64,000 bases of DNA from an uncultured Ruminococcus sp. (GTDB taxonomy: Bacteria > Bacillota > Clostridia > Oscillospirales > CAG-272). The DNA is taken from NCBI GenBank assembly GCA_964463375.1, contig CAYXBQ010000005.1, forward strand, positions 32,698-96,697. The letters run 5' to 3'. Shown piece after piece: positions 9,013 through 18,964 of this stretch. A program made the position numbers and the translations under genes. The first letter of the stretch is position 1; every line of letters begins with the position of its first letter. The notes below the pieces were generated by a model. That model saw only the letters and a list, made by a program, of their open reading frames with translations. It did no database searches and was not told the DNA's origin.

Positions 9013-10080
9013 TTGGCAAGACCGAAGAAAGATTATCGAGAAGGACTGCCGCCGCTGGTAAAGGATTTTGCGACCTACAAGCTGACCATCCAGGGGTGCA
9101 GTGAAAAAACCGTGCAGGAATATCTGTTGGATCTGCGGACATTTTTGCGATACATGATGGCGGTGCGCAGTGGACTGCCGACCGAGGGAGACGAATTTGC
9201 ACAGATCGACATTTCTGCGATAGACAAGGATTTTTTGGCTTCTATCACCACGGGTGAGGTCTACGATTTTTTGGGGTACACCAAACGAGATCGGGAAAAC
9301 GAAAACAAGACCATGGCTCGCAAGCTGTCGTCGATCAAATCCTTTTACAAATATCTGACGGTAAAGCAGAAGCTGTTTGAGACCAATCCGGCTATCACCA
9401 TCGAAACGCCGAAGCAGAAAAAGCAGCTGCCCAAGCATCTTACGCTGTCGGAAAGCGAAGACCTATTGGATGCGGTGGAAACGGATAGTGCCTCCAAAAC
9501 CAAAGAGCGGGATTTTGCGATCCTGACGCTGTTTCTCAACTGCGGTATGCGTTTGTCGGAGCTGGCGGGGATCAGTCTACCGGATCTGGACACAGAGCTG
9601 CGTTCGCTGCGGGTCATGGGCAAAGGGGCAAAGGAACGGGTCATTTATTTGAACGATGCCTGTCGAGAAGCGTTGGAAGCCTATATGCCCATCCGCTTAG
9701 CTACACCGACCAAGGGGGACAATGCGTTGTTTTTGTCCAACCGGCAGCAGCGGATCAGCGTGAAGACGGTGCAGTGGATGGTGTACAAGTACCTGAAATC
9801 GGCGGGGCTGGAATACAAACATTACTCTACCCACAAGCTGCGGCATACGGCGGCTACGCTCATGTACCAGACCGGGCAGGTGGATATTCGAGTGCTCAAG
9901 GATATTTTGGGGCATGAACAGCTGAACACCACGCAGATCTACACCCATGTGGCCAATGCGGATATGGAATCTGCTATGGCAAAAAATCCGCTGGCACACC
10001 ACAAAGCGGCTTCTTCTACAGAAGCGTCTGTGGAGGACACTGAAAATGGGGAAGAAGCAGATCCAAATGATGCACAATAG
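9013..10080 (+). CDS. Tyrosine recombinase, XerC/XerD family (TTG start)
   Basis: SAM-like N-domain followed by the catalytic region: RDFAILTLFLNCGMRLSELAGI, HKLRHTAATLMYQ, LGHEQLNTTQIYTHV. It has an acidic 30-aa C-terminal tail. An extended -10 tggtataat lies at about 8966. Confidence 0.8.
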   Translation: MARPKKDYREGLPPLVKDFATYKLTIQGCSEKTVQEYLLDLRTFLRYMMAVRSGLPTEGDEFAQIDISAIDKDFLASITTGEVYDFLGYTKRDRENENKTMARKLSSIKSFYKYLTVKQKLFETNPAITIETPKQKKQLPKHLTLSESEDLLDAVETDSASKTKERDFAILTLFLNCGMRLSELAGISLPDLDTELRSLRVMGKGAKERVIYLNDACREALEAYMPIRLATPTKGDNALFLSNRQQRISVKTVQWMVYKYLKSAGLEYKHYSTHKLRHTAATLMYQTGQVDIRVLKDILGHEQLNTTQIYTHVANADMESAMAKNPLAHHKAASSTEASVEDTENGEEADPNDAQ

Positions 10081-10110
10081 CATTATAAATACATACCATG
10101 GAGGATACTT

Positions 10111-12384
10111 ATGAAAGAGTATATTCTGCATTTACAGGCACCGGCTACCGGCTGGGAGGATGGTACCCCGCTTGGCAATGGTGCCCAGGGGATGCTGTTC
10201 TGGGGAGACCCGCTGAAGGAACAGATCACGCTGAACGAAGAGACAATTTGGGCCGGTGGTCCTATGGACACCAAAAAAGACGACTATCGTGCGATCATCG
10301 ATCATGCACGGCAGCTCTTTTTGGAGGGACGGGAATGGGAGATCGATTCTTACATCGATACGGCGGGAGAAGATCTGTTCATGCGGATCCAATCCTATGA
10401 ATACGCCGGCAATCTGTGGATCGAGGATCTGGCTGCTGCCGATTGCACGATCACGGACTATCGACGGGATCTGGATCTTGTTCGGGGGAAAGCAGTGATC
10501 TCCTATCGCAAGAACGGCGTTTTGTACACCAGAGAGGCGTTTTCTTCCCATCCGGCGGGGCTGCAATGCGTGCGGTTCACGTCTGACGAACCTTTCTCGG
10601 TGGCACTGTCTTACACCAGAGAATGCATGGACAAGCTGGATGTACAGGAAGGCTGGCTCGTGGCACACTGCCATACGGCGACTGGGGAAAACAAATTCCG
10701 CACCTGCGTGAAGGTGGAGACCGATGGAACCCAGGTTGTTTGTGGGGATTCTCTGCACATCACGGGGGCAAGCCAGGTGGTCATGTACATCGGGACCTAT
10801 ACGGCATTCCGGCATGATTGTCTGGAATCTGCTTCGGCTGCCGGGATGATGAAGGCGTCTGCCGGATGGGATGCACTGCTGGCAGAACACATTGCGGACT
10901 TCTCTGCCATCATGTCCCGTACGGATATCGATCTGGTACCCCAGGGAGATGCGCTTGCCGATATGCCCATTCCGGAACGGTTGGCACGGCTGAAGGAGGA
11001 CGAAAATGCCACTGATGCGGGGCTGATCTCGCTGTACTATCAGTTCGGGAAGTATCTGCTGGTTTCGTCCAGTAGAGAAGATTCGTTGCCGGCCAATCTG
11101 CAAGGTGTTTGGTCGGAGGGCATGCAGTCGCCCTGGAATGCGGATTACCATACCAATATCAATCTGCAAATGAACTATTGGCATGCCGAGGAAGCCGGAC
11201 TTCCGGAATCGGTGGAGGCACTGTTCACCTATATGAACGACTACCTCCTGCCCGGTGGACAAAAGGTTGCTGCGGAGAATTACCATGCTCGTGGGATGGT
11301 GGTACACCATGTCAGCGATATTTATGGCTTTGCGGCGGCTGCTGACGGTCCTTGGGGAATGTGGCCCATGGGCGGTGCTTGGCTGGCATACCACATGTGG
11401 GAACACTGGCTGTACACGGGGGATGTAGATTTCCTGCGGCATACGGCATACCAGTACATCCGGGAAAGTGCGTTGTTCTTTATGGATATGCTCTTTGACG
11501 ATGGACATGGTAGACTGCTGTCCGGACCTTCTACTTCTCCGGAGAATCGGTTCCTTGTGCAGGACGATAAGGGTGAGGTGCAGTGTGCCTACATCACCAT
11601 GTCGCCTACGATGGACACGGAGATCATTGGTGGTCTGCTGCGGTTCTATGGGGAGACGGAAAAGGTACTGGGCATCCACCCGGACGATGGTGTGACGGCT
11701 GTAGAAATGGCGAACAAGCTGCCGCCGCTTTCGGTGGGCAAGCATGGTCAGCTCATGGAATGGGTGAAGGATTACGACGAGGCAGAACCGGGACACAGAC
11801 ATATCTCCCATGCCTTTGGCCTGTATCCGGCTGCTCAGATCACCAGAGCAACGCCGGAGCTGTACAAGGCGATCCGTGTCACGCTGGACAGACGACTGGC
11901 CTCCGGCGGTGGGCATACCGGTTGGAGCCGGGCTTGGCTGATCAACCTGTTTGCACGTCTGCGGGATGGCGAAGCGGTGTACCAGAATGTGCGGGCACTG
12001 TTCACACGTTCTACCCTGCCCAACCTGTTTGACACCCATCCGCCGTTCCAGATCGATGGGAATTTCGGTGGTGCGGCCGGCATTGGCGAGATGGTGATGC
12101 AGAGCCACGAAGGCTTCATTTCCCTGCTGCCTGCGCTGTCGAAGGAGCTGCACACGGGTTCCTTTACCGGTCTTTGCGCTCGTGGTGGCTATACGGTAGA
12201 TGCGACCTGGAAAGACGGGGGCGTGGTAGCGTTCGCGGTGTCCTCTGCGGATAACAAGGCGGTAACGGTGGAAGTGCCAGTGGCAGATGGTACGGTATAC
12301 AAGGATGCTGCGGGGAAAAAATATGTGGTTTCCGGCGGGAAGGTAGTGCTTAATGGCAATTCTTCGTTGACTATTGACAAATAA
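10111..12384 (+). CDS. Glycoside hydrolase family 95 (alpha-L-fucosidase-like)
   Basis: 757 aa. N-terminus APATGWEDGTPLGNGAQGMLFWGDPLKEQITLNEETIWAGG and LPANLQGVWSEGMQSPWNADYHTNINLQMNYW are GH95 signatures. No signal peptide. Confidence 0.85.
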   Translation: MKEYILHLQAPATGWEDGTPLGNGAQGMLFWGDPLKEQITLNEETIWAGGPMDTKKDDYRAIIDHARQLFLEGREWEIDSYIDTAGEDLFMRIQSYEYAGNLWIEDLAAADCTITDYRRDLDLVRGKAVISYRKNGVLYTREAFSSHPAGLQCVRFTSDEPFSVALSYTRECMDKLDVQEGWLVAHCHTATGENKFRTCVKVETDGTQVVCGDSLHITGASQVVMYIGTYTAFRHDCLESASAAGMMKASAGWDALLAEHIADFSAIMSRTDIDLVPQGDALADMPIPERLARLKEDENATDAGLISLYYQFGKYLLVSSSREDSLPANLQGVWSEGMQSPWNADYHTNINLQMNYWHAEEAGLPESVEALFTYMNDYLLPGGQKVAAENYHARGMVVHHVSDIYGFAAAADGPWGMWPMGGAWLAYHMWEHWLYTGDVDFLRHTAYQYIRESALFFMDMLFDDGHGRLLSGPSTSPENRFLVQDDKGEVQCAYITMSPTMDTEIIGGLLRFYGETEKVLGIHPDDGVTAVEMANKLPPLSVGKHGQLMEWVKDYDEAEPGHRHISHAFGLYPAAQITRATPELYKAIRVTLDRRLASGGGHTGWSRAWLINLFARLRDGEAVYQNVRALFTRSTLPNLFDTHPPFQIDGNFGGAAGIGEMVMQSHEGFISLLPALSKELHTGSFTGLCARGGYTVDATWKDGGVVAFAVSSADNKAVTVEVPVADGTVYKDAAGKKYVVSGGKVVLNGNSSLTIDK

Positions 12385-12394
12385 CAAATGATCA

Positions 12395-12440
12395 AATTGC
12401 GCCTATCTGTGCAAAAAACATAGACAGGCGCAATTTTTTC
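12395..12440 (+). terminator. Terminator after the GH95 gene
   Basis: attgcgcctatctg ... cagacaggcgcaat stem followed by T6. Confidence 0.6.
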
Positions 12441-12542
12441 GATTTTTTATTAAGAAAGTATTGACATATGCGGTGAAAAGTTGTACAATAAGTACAGTGT
12501 ATTGTATTACATGGATTTTACTTTTGGAAAGGTTTTTGTACC

Positions 12543-14042
12543 ATGAAAAAAAGACTATTCACGTTGCTGTTAGCTGCGCTGCTGGTATCCTCTGCGCTTA
12601 CAGCCTGTGGCAATTCCGATGCGGAAAAAACGAACGATACCACAAGCACCAATGTGGCAGATACTACAGCTGCCGTGGAGACTGATGCACTCACCGATTA
12701 TGAACAGCGGCAGTTGATCTCTGACGATCTGCCGGAGAACGATTTTGGTGGGCAGGAATTTCGGGTGCTGACAACGGACCACGATTCCTATAACTCTGTG
12801 ACCTTCGAGATCATCGCCGAGGAGCTGACCGGGGATGCCTGCAACGATGCTGTGTTCAATCGAAATGTGGATATCGGCGAACGATTCAACATGACCATTG
12901 TTGGTATGGCTGAAAAAGAACCCTACAAGCTGGTAAACAATGCGGTCACAGCGGGTACGGATGAATACGATCTAGCCGGGGTGTACAACTTCCAGTCGTA
13001 CTATTTGATCACAGCGCAGAGCCTGCTGAACTGGTTGGAGATCCCGCACGTGAATTTGGAGAAGCCGTGGCACAATGCCCTGTCCAACGATGCCGCAACC
13101 ATCAATGGACGGCTGTACACCATTTGCTCCGACTATGCGATCACCTCTATGACATATACCTATGCTACATTCTTCAATGTGAGAATGTTGACAGACTACG
13201 GTTATCCGGCAGAGGATCTGTATGACATGGTGCGGAATGGCGAATGGACGATCGACAAAATGTCTGAAATGGTCGCCGGTATGTACACCGATACCAATGG
13301 GGATGGCAAGAAGGATGCGGACGACATCTACGGATACGGCTATGAGCTCACGAACCCGGCAGACGTTTGGACCACTGCCTTTGGGGAACATCTTTCCTCC
13401 GTTACGAAAGATAACGATATCGAGATCAACTTTATGACCGACAAGATGGTATCCATTCTGGAAAAGCTGATGGATTTCCACTACAACAACGAAGGTGTAT
13501 ATTTGCCCGCCACGCAGTATGACGAAGAAAAGTACTTCTTGAACGGTAAGTTTGCTATGGCTCCTCTGCGTTTCCACACGGCTTACACGACGCTGCGGGA
13601 AATGGAAGACACCTATTCCATGCTGCCCTACCCCAAGTGGGACGAGGATCAGGATACATATTACACCAATGCAGACGACAAGTTTACCGCCTTTGGTGTA
13701 CCGATGACGGCCTATGGCAATCTGGAGTTTGTGGGTACGATCTATGAAGCCCTGTGTGCGGAAAGCTACAAGAAGGTATATCCGGCGTACTATGACATTG
13801 CGCTGAAGGGCAAGTACTCCTCTGATGCCGGGACTGCGGAAATGGTGGATCTGATCATGGCTGGCCGATACTTTGATTTCTCCTTCCAGTTTGGCGAAAC
13901 GATCTTCCAGAACCTGCCCTACCAGATCCGGAACATGCTCCGTGCCAAGAACACCAATTTGGCCTCTACCTATGATTCTATGGAAAAGAAGCTGTGGACA
14001 CAGATCGATGAAAAGCTCCTGCCTCTGTACGGGATCGAATAA
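12543..14042 (+). CDS. Extracellular solute-binding lipoprotein (ABC sugar-transporter SBP type), no adjacent permease
   Basis: Lipobox LLAALLVSSALTAC|GNS. About 500 aa. Paralogous to 30693-32114 (shared DxYDLxGxYN, PWxxxxxxD, MLPxPKxDxxQDxYYT blocks). A TTGACA/TACAAT promoter lies at about 12462-12490. Confidence 0.75.
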   Translation: MKKRLFTLLLAALLVSSALTACGNSDAEKTNDTTSTNVADTTAAVETDALTDYEQRQLISDDLPENDFGGQEFRVLTTDHDSYNSVTFEIIAEELTGDACNDAVFNRNVDIGERFNMTIVGMAEKEPYKLVNNAVTAGTDEYDLAGVYNFQSYYLITAQSLLNWLEIPHVNLEKPWHNALSNDAATINGRLYTICSDYAITSMTYTYATFFNVRMLTDYGYPAEDLYDMVRNGEWTIDKMSEMVAGMYTDTNGDGKKDADDIYGYGYELTNPADVWTTAFGEHLSSVTKDNDIEINFMTDKMVSILEKLMDFHYNNEGVYLPATQYDEEKYFLNGKFAMAPLRFHTAYTTLREMEDTYSMLPYPKWDEDQDTYYTNADDKFTAFGVPMTAYGNLEFVGTIYEALCAESYKKVYPAYYDIALKGKYSSDAGTAEMVDLIMAGRYFDFSFQFGETIFQNLPYQIRNMLRAKNTNLASTYDSMEKKLWTQIDEKLLPLYGIE

Positions 14043-14163
14043 AACTGCATAAAAAATCATGACCGGGGTCTCTTTAGGCTCCGGTTTTTACGTGGTATAT
14101 CTTGATTTTTGTCGGAAAATATGGTATACTATGGGCGTAATTTATCTTAGGGGAGAAACGAAA

Positions 14164-14433
14164 ATGAAAGCTATCGTTACCGTTGTGGGGTTTGACACCG
14201 TGGGCATTATGGCCAAGGTCAGCACTGTCTGCGCCGAGCACCACGCCAACATCATCGATGTTACCCAGTCCGTGCTGAAGGATATGTTCACCATGGTCAT
14301 GCTCATTGATATTTCGGATTTGACCGAGGATTTTGCCGCATTGCAGCAGGCTCTCTTTACGCTGGGTGACCAGATCGGTATGAAGATCCACGTGATGCAT
14401 GAGGATATTTTCAACTCCATGCACCATATCTGA
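14164..14433 (+). CDS. ACT domain protein (UPF0237 family)
   Basis: [40 protein letters not shown] aggggag. The longer track ORF starting at 14059 has no SD. Confidence 0.8.
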   Translation: MKAIVTVVGFDTVGIMAKVSTVCAEHHANIIDVTQSVLKDMFTMVMLIDISDLTEDFAALQQALFTLGDQIGMKIHVMHEDIFNSMHHI

Positions 14434-14462
14434 GCAGCACATACAGAAAAGGAAGTAAGAAA

Positions 14463-15821
14463 ATGATCAATACAAAAGATATTATGGAAACGATCCGCAT
14501 GATCGAGGACGAGAACCTGGACATTCGGACCATTACCATGGGGCTTTCCCTTCTGGACTGTGCGGACAGCGATATTGATGTGTCCTGTCGGAAGATCTAT
14601 GAAAAAATGACCCGGAAGGCAGAACGTCTGGTACCAGTGGGGGAAGAGATCGAGCGGACCTATGGGATCCCGATCATCAACAAGCGGATCTCGGTTACAC
14701 CGATCGCACTGCTGGCTGCGGTATCCGGCGGGGATCCGGTGAAGTATGCCAAGACTTTGGAAAAGGTGTCCCAGGCTGTGGGCGTGAACTTCATTGGTGG
14801 GTTCAGTGCGTTGGTACACAAGGGCTTTGCGGCCGGTGACCGGGAGCTGATCGCTGCTATTCCGGAAGCACTGGCGGTGACCGATCACGTATGCTCCTCT
14901 GTCAACGTGGGCTCCACCAAGGCGGGGATCAACATGGATGCGGTGCGGCTCATGGGCGAAGCGGTCAAAAAGGCAGCAGAGTTGACCAAGGATCGCAACT
15001 GCATTGGTCCTGCTAAGCTGGTGGTATTCTGCAATGCGCCGGAGGACAATCCCTTTATGGCGGGTGCATTCCATGGGATCGGCGAACCGGACTGCGTGAT
15101 CCATGTGGGCGTATCGGGGCCTGGCGTGGTGCGTTCTGCATTGACCAAGTATCCGGATGCGGACCTTTCGCAGGTGGCAGACGTGATCAAGAAGACGGCA
15201 TTCAAGATCACTCGTATGGGGCAGCTGGTGGGCACAGTGGCTTCGGAGAAGTTGGGTGTTCCCTTTGGTATCGTAGACCTGTCTCTGGCACCGACACCGG
15301 CTGTGGGGGACTCTGTGGCGCATATCTTAGAGGAAATGGGTCTGGAGATCTGCGGTACCCATGGGACGACGGCGGCGCTGGCTCTGTTGAACGATGCAGT
15401 CAAAAAGGGTGGCGTGATGGCATCCTCTCATGTGGGCGGTCTGTCCGGTGCCTTTATCCCGGTTTCGGAAGATGCTGGTATGATCCATGCGGCGCGTATG
15501 GGCGATTTGACCATCGAAAAGCTGGAGGCTATGACAGCAGTTTGCTCGGTGGGGCTGGATATGATCATCATTCCCGGCGAGACAACACCGGCTACCATCT
15601 CTGCTATCATCGCAGACGAAGCGGCTATTGGTATGGTCAATAGCAAGACTACGGCGGTGCGTGTGATCCCGGCTATTGGCAAGCAAATCGGCGAGGAACT
15701 GGAATTCGGCGGGCTGCTGGGCAGTGGTCCCGTGATGCCGCTCCACAACGATCGTTCCAGCCAAAAGTTCATCGATCGTGGCGGACGTATCCCGGCACCG
15801 ATGCAGTCTTTAAAGAACTAA
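14463..15821 (+). CDS. UPF0210 / DUF711 (PFL-like) family protein
   Basis: 452 aa. N-terminus [26 protein letters not shown] is typical of UPF0210. Always paired with the ACT protein in Firmicutes (recalled from memory). Confidence 0.8.
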   Translation: MINTKDIMETIRMIEDENLDIRTITMGLSLLDCADSDIDVSCRKIYEKMTRKAERLVPVGEEIERTYGIPIINKRISVTPIALLAAVSGGDPVKYAKTLEKVSQAVGVNFIGGFSALVHKGFAAGDRELIAAIPEALAVTDHVCSSVNVGSTKAGINMDAVRLMGEAVKKAAELTKDRNCIGPAKLVVFCNAPEDNPFMAGAFHGIGEPDCVIHVGVSGPGVVRSALTKYPDADLSQVADVIKKTAFKITRMGQLVGTVASEKLGVPFGIVDLSLAPTPAVGDSVAHILEEMGLEICGTHGTTAALALLNDAVKKGGVMASSHVGGLSGAFIPVSEDAGMIHAARMGDLTIEKLEAMTAVCSVGLDMIIIPGETTPATISAIIADEAAIGMVNSKTTAVRVIPAIGKQIGEELEFGGLLGSGPVMPLHNDRSSQKFIDRGGRIPAPMQSLKN

Positions 15822-15830
15822 ATAGGTATA

Positions 15831-15921
15831 GAAAAAAGAGATAGCCATGCGAACCGACACCCAAAGGTTAGAGTATGATCTAACGAATGGGATGTCGGTT
15901 TTTCGTGGGTATCTCTTTTTC
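15831..15921. terminator. Nested long hairpin, probably a bidirectional terminator between convergent operons
   Basis: Outer stem aaaaagagata / tatctcttttt. Inner stem aaccgacaccc / gggatgtcggtt followed by T5. The outer stem supplies a T-run on the minus strand. Confidence 0.5.
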
Positions 15922-15928
15922 TTTGTGT

Positions 15929-16984
15929 TTATTCAGCCAAATACCGCTGGTATCTTCCCTCGATCTCCTCTACGGACATTTCGTTCCGGCGCAGGAGGAT
16001 GCGGAATTTGTAGGTCAGGGAGTGACCGGCTTCGATGGTCAGGCCGCCTTTGAAGTGGAGGTTGTTGGCTGCGAACAGACCATAGTCCCGGACGTGCCAG
16101 GTGGTGGGATACCGTTCGTTGTCCTTGTGATCAAAGACGGTGATGCCAAAGAATTTTTCGCCGATCGTGCCGGCATAGTCGCACCATTCGGCTTCCTTAC
16201 TCCAGCATTCGCCTTCCCCATGTCCCCCACGGGAGTTGGTGATCACGCCGCTGCCAGTGTCGGCTCGCAGTTCGTCCCGCATACGGATCCCCAGAGGACC
16301 GGCTTCTTTTGTGGGGCCAAATTCCACTTTGCCACAGTCGGCAGTGAAGGTGATCTCCATATCCAGCATGCGGCAGGCCTGGGACTGGTTGTACATGGTA
16401 TAGCGGGTGGTCTCGTGCAGCAGTGGATTATTGTCGTGGTCAGTCCACAGGTTGTGGGTGGTGAAGGAGGTGCAGGCGTTGCCGTTTACGACCTGGTCGA
16501 TCTTTTCGCAGTGGATGATCCCGCAGTTATCCGGTTCGTTCCACAGATCCACGTCGTTTACGTCGCCGACAGCTACAAAGATCGAGCGGTGGTGGGGATG
16601 CTCCTTGGCGGTGAAATCCAATCTGGTGAACATATCGCCGTCGTCATCGGTGAGGGGACCGAAATAGGGCTTCCACAGAGCGCTATCCCAACAGTACCCG
16701 GCGATGGGCTTATCGGCGATGGAGATGGTCAGGCGATTCTTGGCCTCTTCCACCTGGCAGAAAATACTATTCATCTTGCCATACACCGGGGAGAGTGTCA
16801 GCTCTTCCTCTGCGGCGGCGGTCAAAATGGTGCATACGGTACCACAAGGCAGGATCTGGGCGGGAAAATACCGTCCGTCGGTGGTGGCAAAGCCGCACAG
16901 GGGATTGTCACTCACTGGGATCTCAGCGGTGAGGAATACGGGTTCCTCCTGTATTGGGGTGGTCGCTTTATATACAATGGACAT
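15929..16984 (-). CDS. PmoA-like DUF6807 family protein
   Basis: Start MSIVYKATTP has SD gagaggaga. WKPYFGPLTDDDGDMFTRLDFTAKEHPHHRSIFVAVGDVNDVDLWNE matches the remembered PmoA-like/DUF6807 core (HPHHR). The 70-codon upstream extension in the track overlaps the preceding gene. Confidence 0.65.
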   Translation of the reverse strand: MSIVYKATTPIQEEPVFLTAEIPVSDNPLCGFATTDGRYFPAQILPCGTVCTILTAAAEEELTLSPVYGKMNSIFCQVEEAKNRLTISIADKPIAGYCWDSALWKPYFGPLTDDDGDMFTRLDFTAKEHPHHRSIFVAVGDVNDVDLWNEPDNCGIIHCEKIDQVVNGNACTSFTTHNLWTDHDNNPLLHETTRYTMYNQSQACRMLDMEITFTADCGKVEFGPTKEAGPLGIRMRDELRADTGSGVITNSRGGHGEGECWSKEAEWCDYAGTIGEKFFGITVFDHKDNERYPTTWHVRDYGLFAANNLHFKGGLTIEAGHSLTYKFRILLRRNEMSVEEIEGRYQRYLAE

Positions 16985-16986
16985 AA

Positions 16987-17838
16987 TCAATTCTCCTCTC
17001 TGGGAAAGAGCTCCCGCATATAGGCAAGGATCTCCGGTACGTTTTTCTGAAAATCGGTGAAGGAGCATTCTGCCGATACACCACCGGTATAGCCCATGCG
17101 GCACAGTGCTGTGGCAAAGCGTTGGTTGAAGCGAATGTCTCCTGTGGTAGGCTGACCGGGGCAGGTGCGATCCGGTGCCTCTGCCATGTGGCAATGCCGG
17201 AGTCGGCCGGTGCAGGCTTCAATGACCTCCGGCTCTGTGTTTTCTTCGGCCATATGGAATGCGTCAGCCAGCAGCTGGACACCTGCACGATCCAGCAGCT
17301 TGACCTCCGCATCGGATTCCGGCACGGTACGGTACACATTGGTCTCTCGGGCACGCAGGGGTTCGATCACCATGGTCACGCCACGGGGTTCGGCATAATC
17401 GGCGAAAAACTGCATGAAACGACGCAGATTGGCAAGTCCCACTTCCCTGTCTATGGTCTCCGGGATGGAGCGGGCGGCACCACTGCCGAATACCGCATAC
17501 CGGATCCCCAGACGGGACAGCACGTCGATCAGGTGCTTGACATAGGTCTCGATCTTGTGCCAGTCGTTGCCGGGATCTGCCAGCTTGTATTCGCCGGGGA
17601 ACAGGCTGTTGACGGCGTACAGACCCAGCGGCTTTTTGGCATCCTCGGCCAACAGCCAGTCCAGCTCTGCATCGGTCAGGCCGGCAAGCATCATGCCGCC
17701 GCATTCGGTATAATCAAAGCCGCAGTCCATGACGTAGTGGCACTTGACCGCCAACTGTTCTGCCGCAGACTGGGGCACCTCGGCCACGCCTTCCGGCATA
17801 AAGGAACCGCCGGGGATACAGCATCCAAGCTTTACCAT
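16987..17838 (-). CDS. Sugar phosphate isomerase/epimerase (xylose-isomerase-like TIM barrel)
   Basis: ATG at 17838, 8 nt after SD aaggag. Typical blocks GIRYAVFGSGAAR, VTMVIEPL, LLADAFHM. Its stop lies 2 nt before the DUF6807 ATG. Confidence 0.7.
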   Translation of the reverse strand: MVKLGCCIPGGSFMPEGVAEVPQSAAEQLAVKCHYVMDCGFDYTECGGMMLAGLTDAELDWLLAEDAKKPLGLYAVNSLFPGEYKLADPGNDWHKIETYVKHLIDVLSRLGIRYAVFGSGAARSIPETIDREVGLANLRRFMQFFADYAEPRGVTMVIEPLRARETNVYRTVPESDAEVKLLDRAGVQLLADAFHMAEENTEPEVIEACTGRLRHCHMAEAPDRTCPGQPTTGDIRFNQRFATALCRMGYTGGVSAECSFTDFQKNVPEILAYMRELFPREEN

Positions 17839-17862
17839 ATTGCTCACTCCTTTTTCGTTTTG

Positions 17863-18519
17863 TCAGATATAGGAACGATCCATGCCAACGGCTTTCAAAA
17901 ATTCCCGTGCGATGATGGCACTGCCAATGGGACCGGGGTGTACTCTGTCCCAAGCTACATAGGAGGAGTGCCGGTATTGCAGGTACTCGTCGAAGGCCTG
18001 CTGCACGTTTACAAACACGGTGTTGTATTTCTTCGCTACTTCGGCGCAGATGGTGATATATTCGTCGGTAGCAGCACGCATACGGTCTTCCCGGTTGGAT
18101 TCGATGTAGTAAGGGGAGATGAGCACCATACCTTTGACCACGGGCAGTGTACGTTCCAACATTTCGCTGAGGTTTTGCCGATATTCTGCGGCATACACGT
18201 GGGAGGAACGAATGGCGGGAGAGTCAAAGCGCCGCCAAATGTCGTTGATCCCGATCATAACGCTGACCCAGTCGGGCTTCAGGTTCATCACGTCGTTCTG
18301 CCAACGGTTGCGCAGATCCAAGCTGGTATTGCCGCCGCAGCCGGTATTGGAGATCCAGAACAGCTTGTCCGGATACACCACGTTCAGAATATTTTCGATC
18401 TGTCTCACATAGCCGGTACCGGTACCTGCCCACAGACCCTCGCCTACCGGTCTGCCTCTGTCCGCATCGGTGGTGGAATCTCCTGTAAAGACGATCCGGT
18501 CTCCATTTTCAAAAAGCAT
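17863..18519 (-). CDS. SGNH/GDSL hydrolase (probable carbohydrate esterase)
   Basis: Block I VFTGDSTTD, block II NTGCGGNT, block III IGINDIW, block V WDRVHP. Confidence 0.8.
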   Translation of the reverse strand: MLFENGDRIVFTGDSTTDADRGRPVGEGLWAGTGTGYVRQIENILNVVYPDKLFWISNTGCGGNTSLDLRNRWQNDVMNLKPDWVSVMIGINDIWRRFDSPAIRSSHVYAAEYRQNLSEMLERTLPVVKGMVLISPYYIESNREDRMRAATDEYITICAEVAKKYNTVFVNVQQAFDEYLQYRHSSYVAWDRVHPGPIGSAIIAREFLKAVGMDRSYI

Positions 18520-18964
18520 AGCTGCCTCCTTGTATGTATCGTGTTGAATACGTAAAATTCTTTGTATATGGATCCATATTTCTATAGCAGATGGACACCA
18601 TATCGGTATCTACATTATACCATATTCTCCGGCAAAAACAATAGAATTTGCAAAATCCGTTGGAATTTTTTTGGCTGTTTCAGGCTCCTCTGCACAATAG
18701 AAACTGTTGTTCTTTCGTGTGCGACAAAAAACGTGTCTCCTTAAATCCATAAGGAAACACGTTTCCGACACGCATGAAGGTATTGTATAAAGTTTGGTGT
18801 TTTTGGTGAGCGCATAAATCGCAATTGTAAATTCGTGTATTTCGTACAAGAACTCGCTGATGAATCGGTTTCTTGTGTGTTTTTTGCCAAAATGTATTGC
18901 TTTTTGAGGGTAAAGATGCTATAATGGTGACAACTTCCACACAACCAGAAAGGTGGTACTTTTT

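Noticed and set aside
9013-10080. A tyrosine recombinase as a marker of an integrated mobile element.
   Set aside because: There is no adjacent tRNA, excisionase, phage or conjugation genes, compositional shift or flanking repeats that I could see. The protein looks like the chromosomal XerC/D-type paralogue common in Clostridia.
10132-12387. A 751-aa ORF antisense to the whole GH95 gene. Similar long antisense ORFs lie opposite GH42, secA, spoIVA, the GH28-like genes and others.
   Set aside because: The same codon-aligned shadow effect applies. The sense strand carries clear family motifs, while the antisense products are Arg/His/Pro-rich nonsense.
15929-17194. N-terminally extended versions of several track ORFs: 421-aa DUF6807, 725-aa GH42, 202-aa nitroreductase, 138-aa small protein, 312-aa AraC and 667-aa aconitase.
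   Set aside because: The extensions lack SD sequences. They overlap upstream genes or AT-rich non-coding DNA. Internal ATGs with good SDs coincide with where family similarity begins.
18716-18775. An orphan hairpin (acgtgtctcc...ggaaacacgt) in the 445-bp SGNH / GH28 divergent intergenic region, as a possible sRNA or terminator.
   Set aside because: The stem is imperfect, there is no U-tract on either strand, and no associated promoter was recognised. It may simply be part of the divergent regulatory region.
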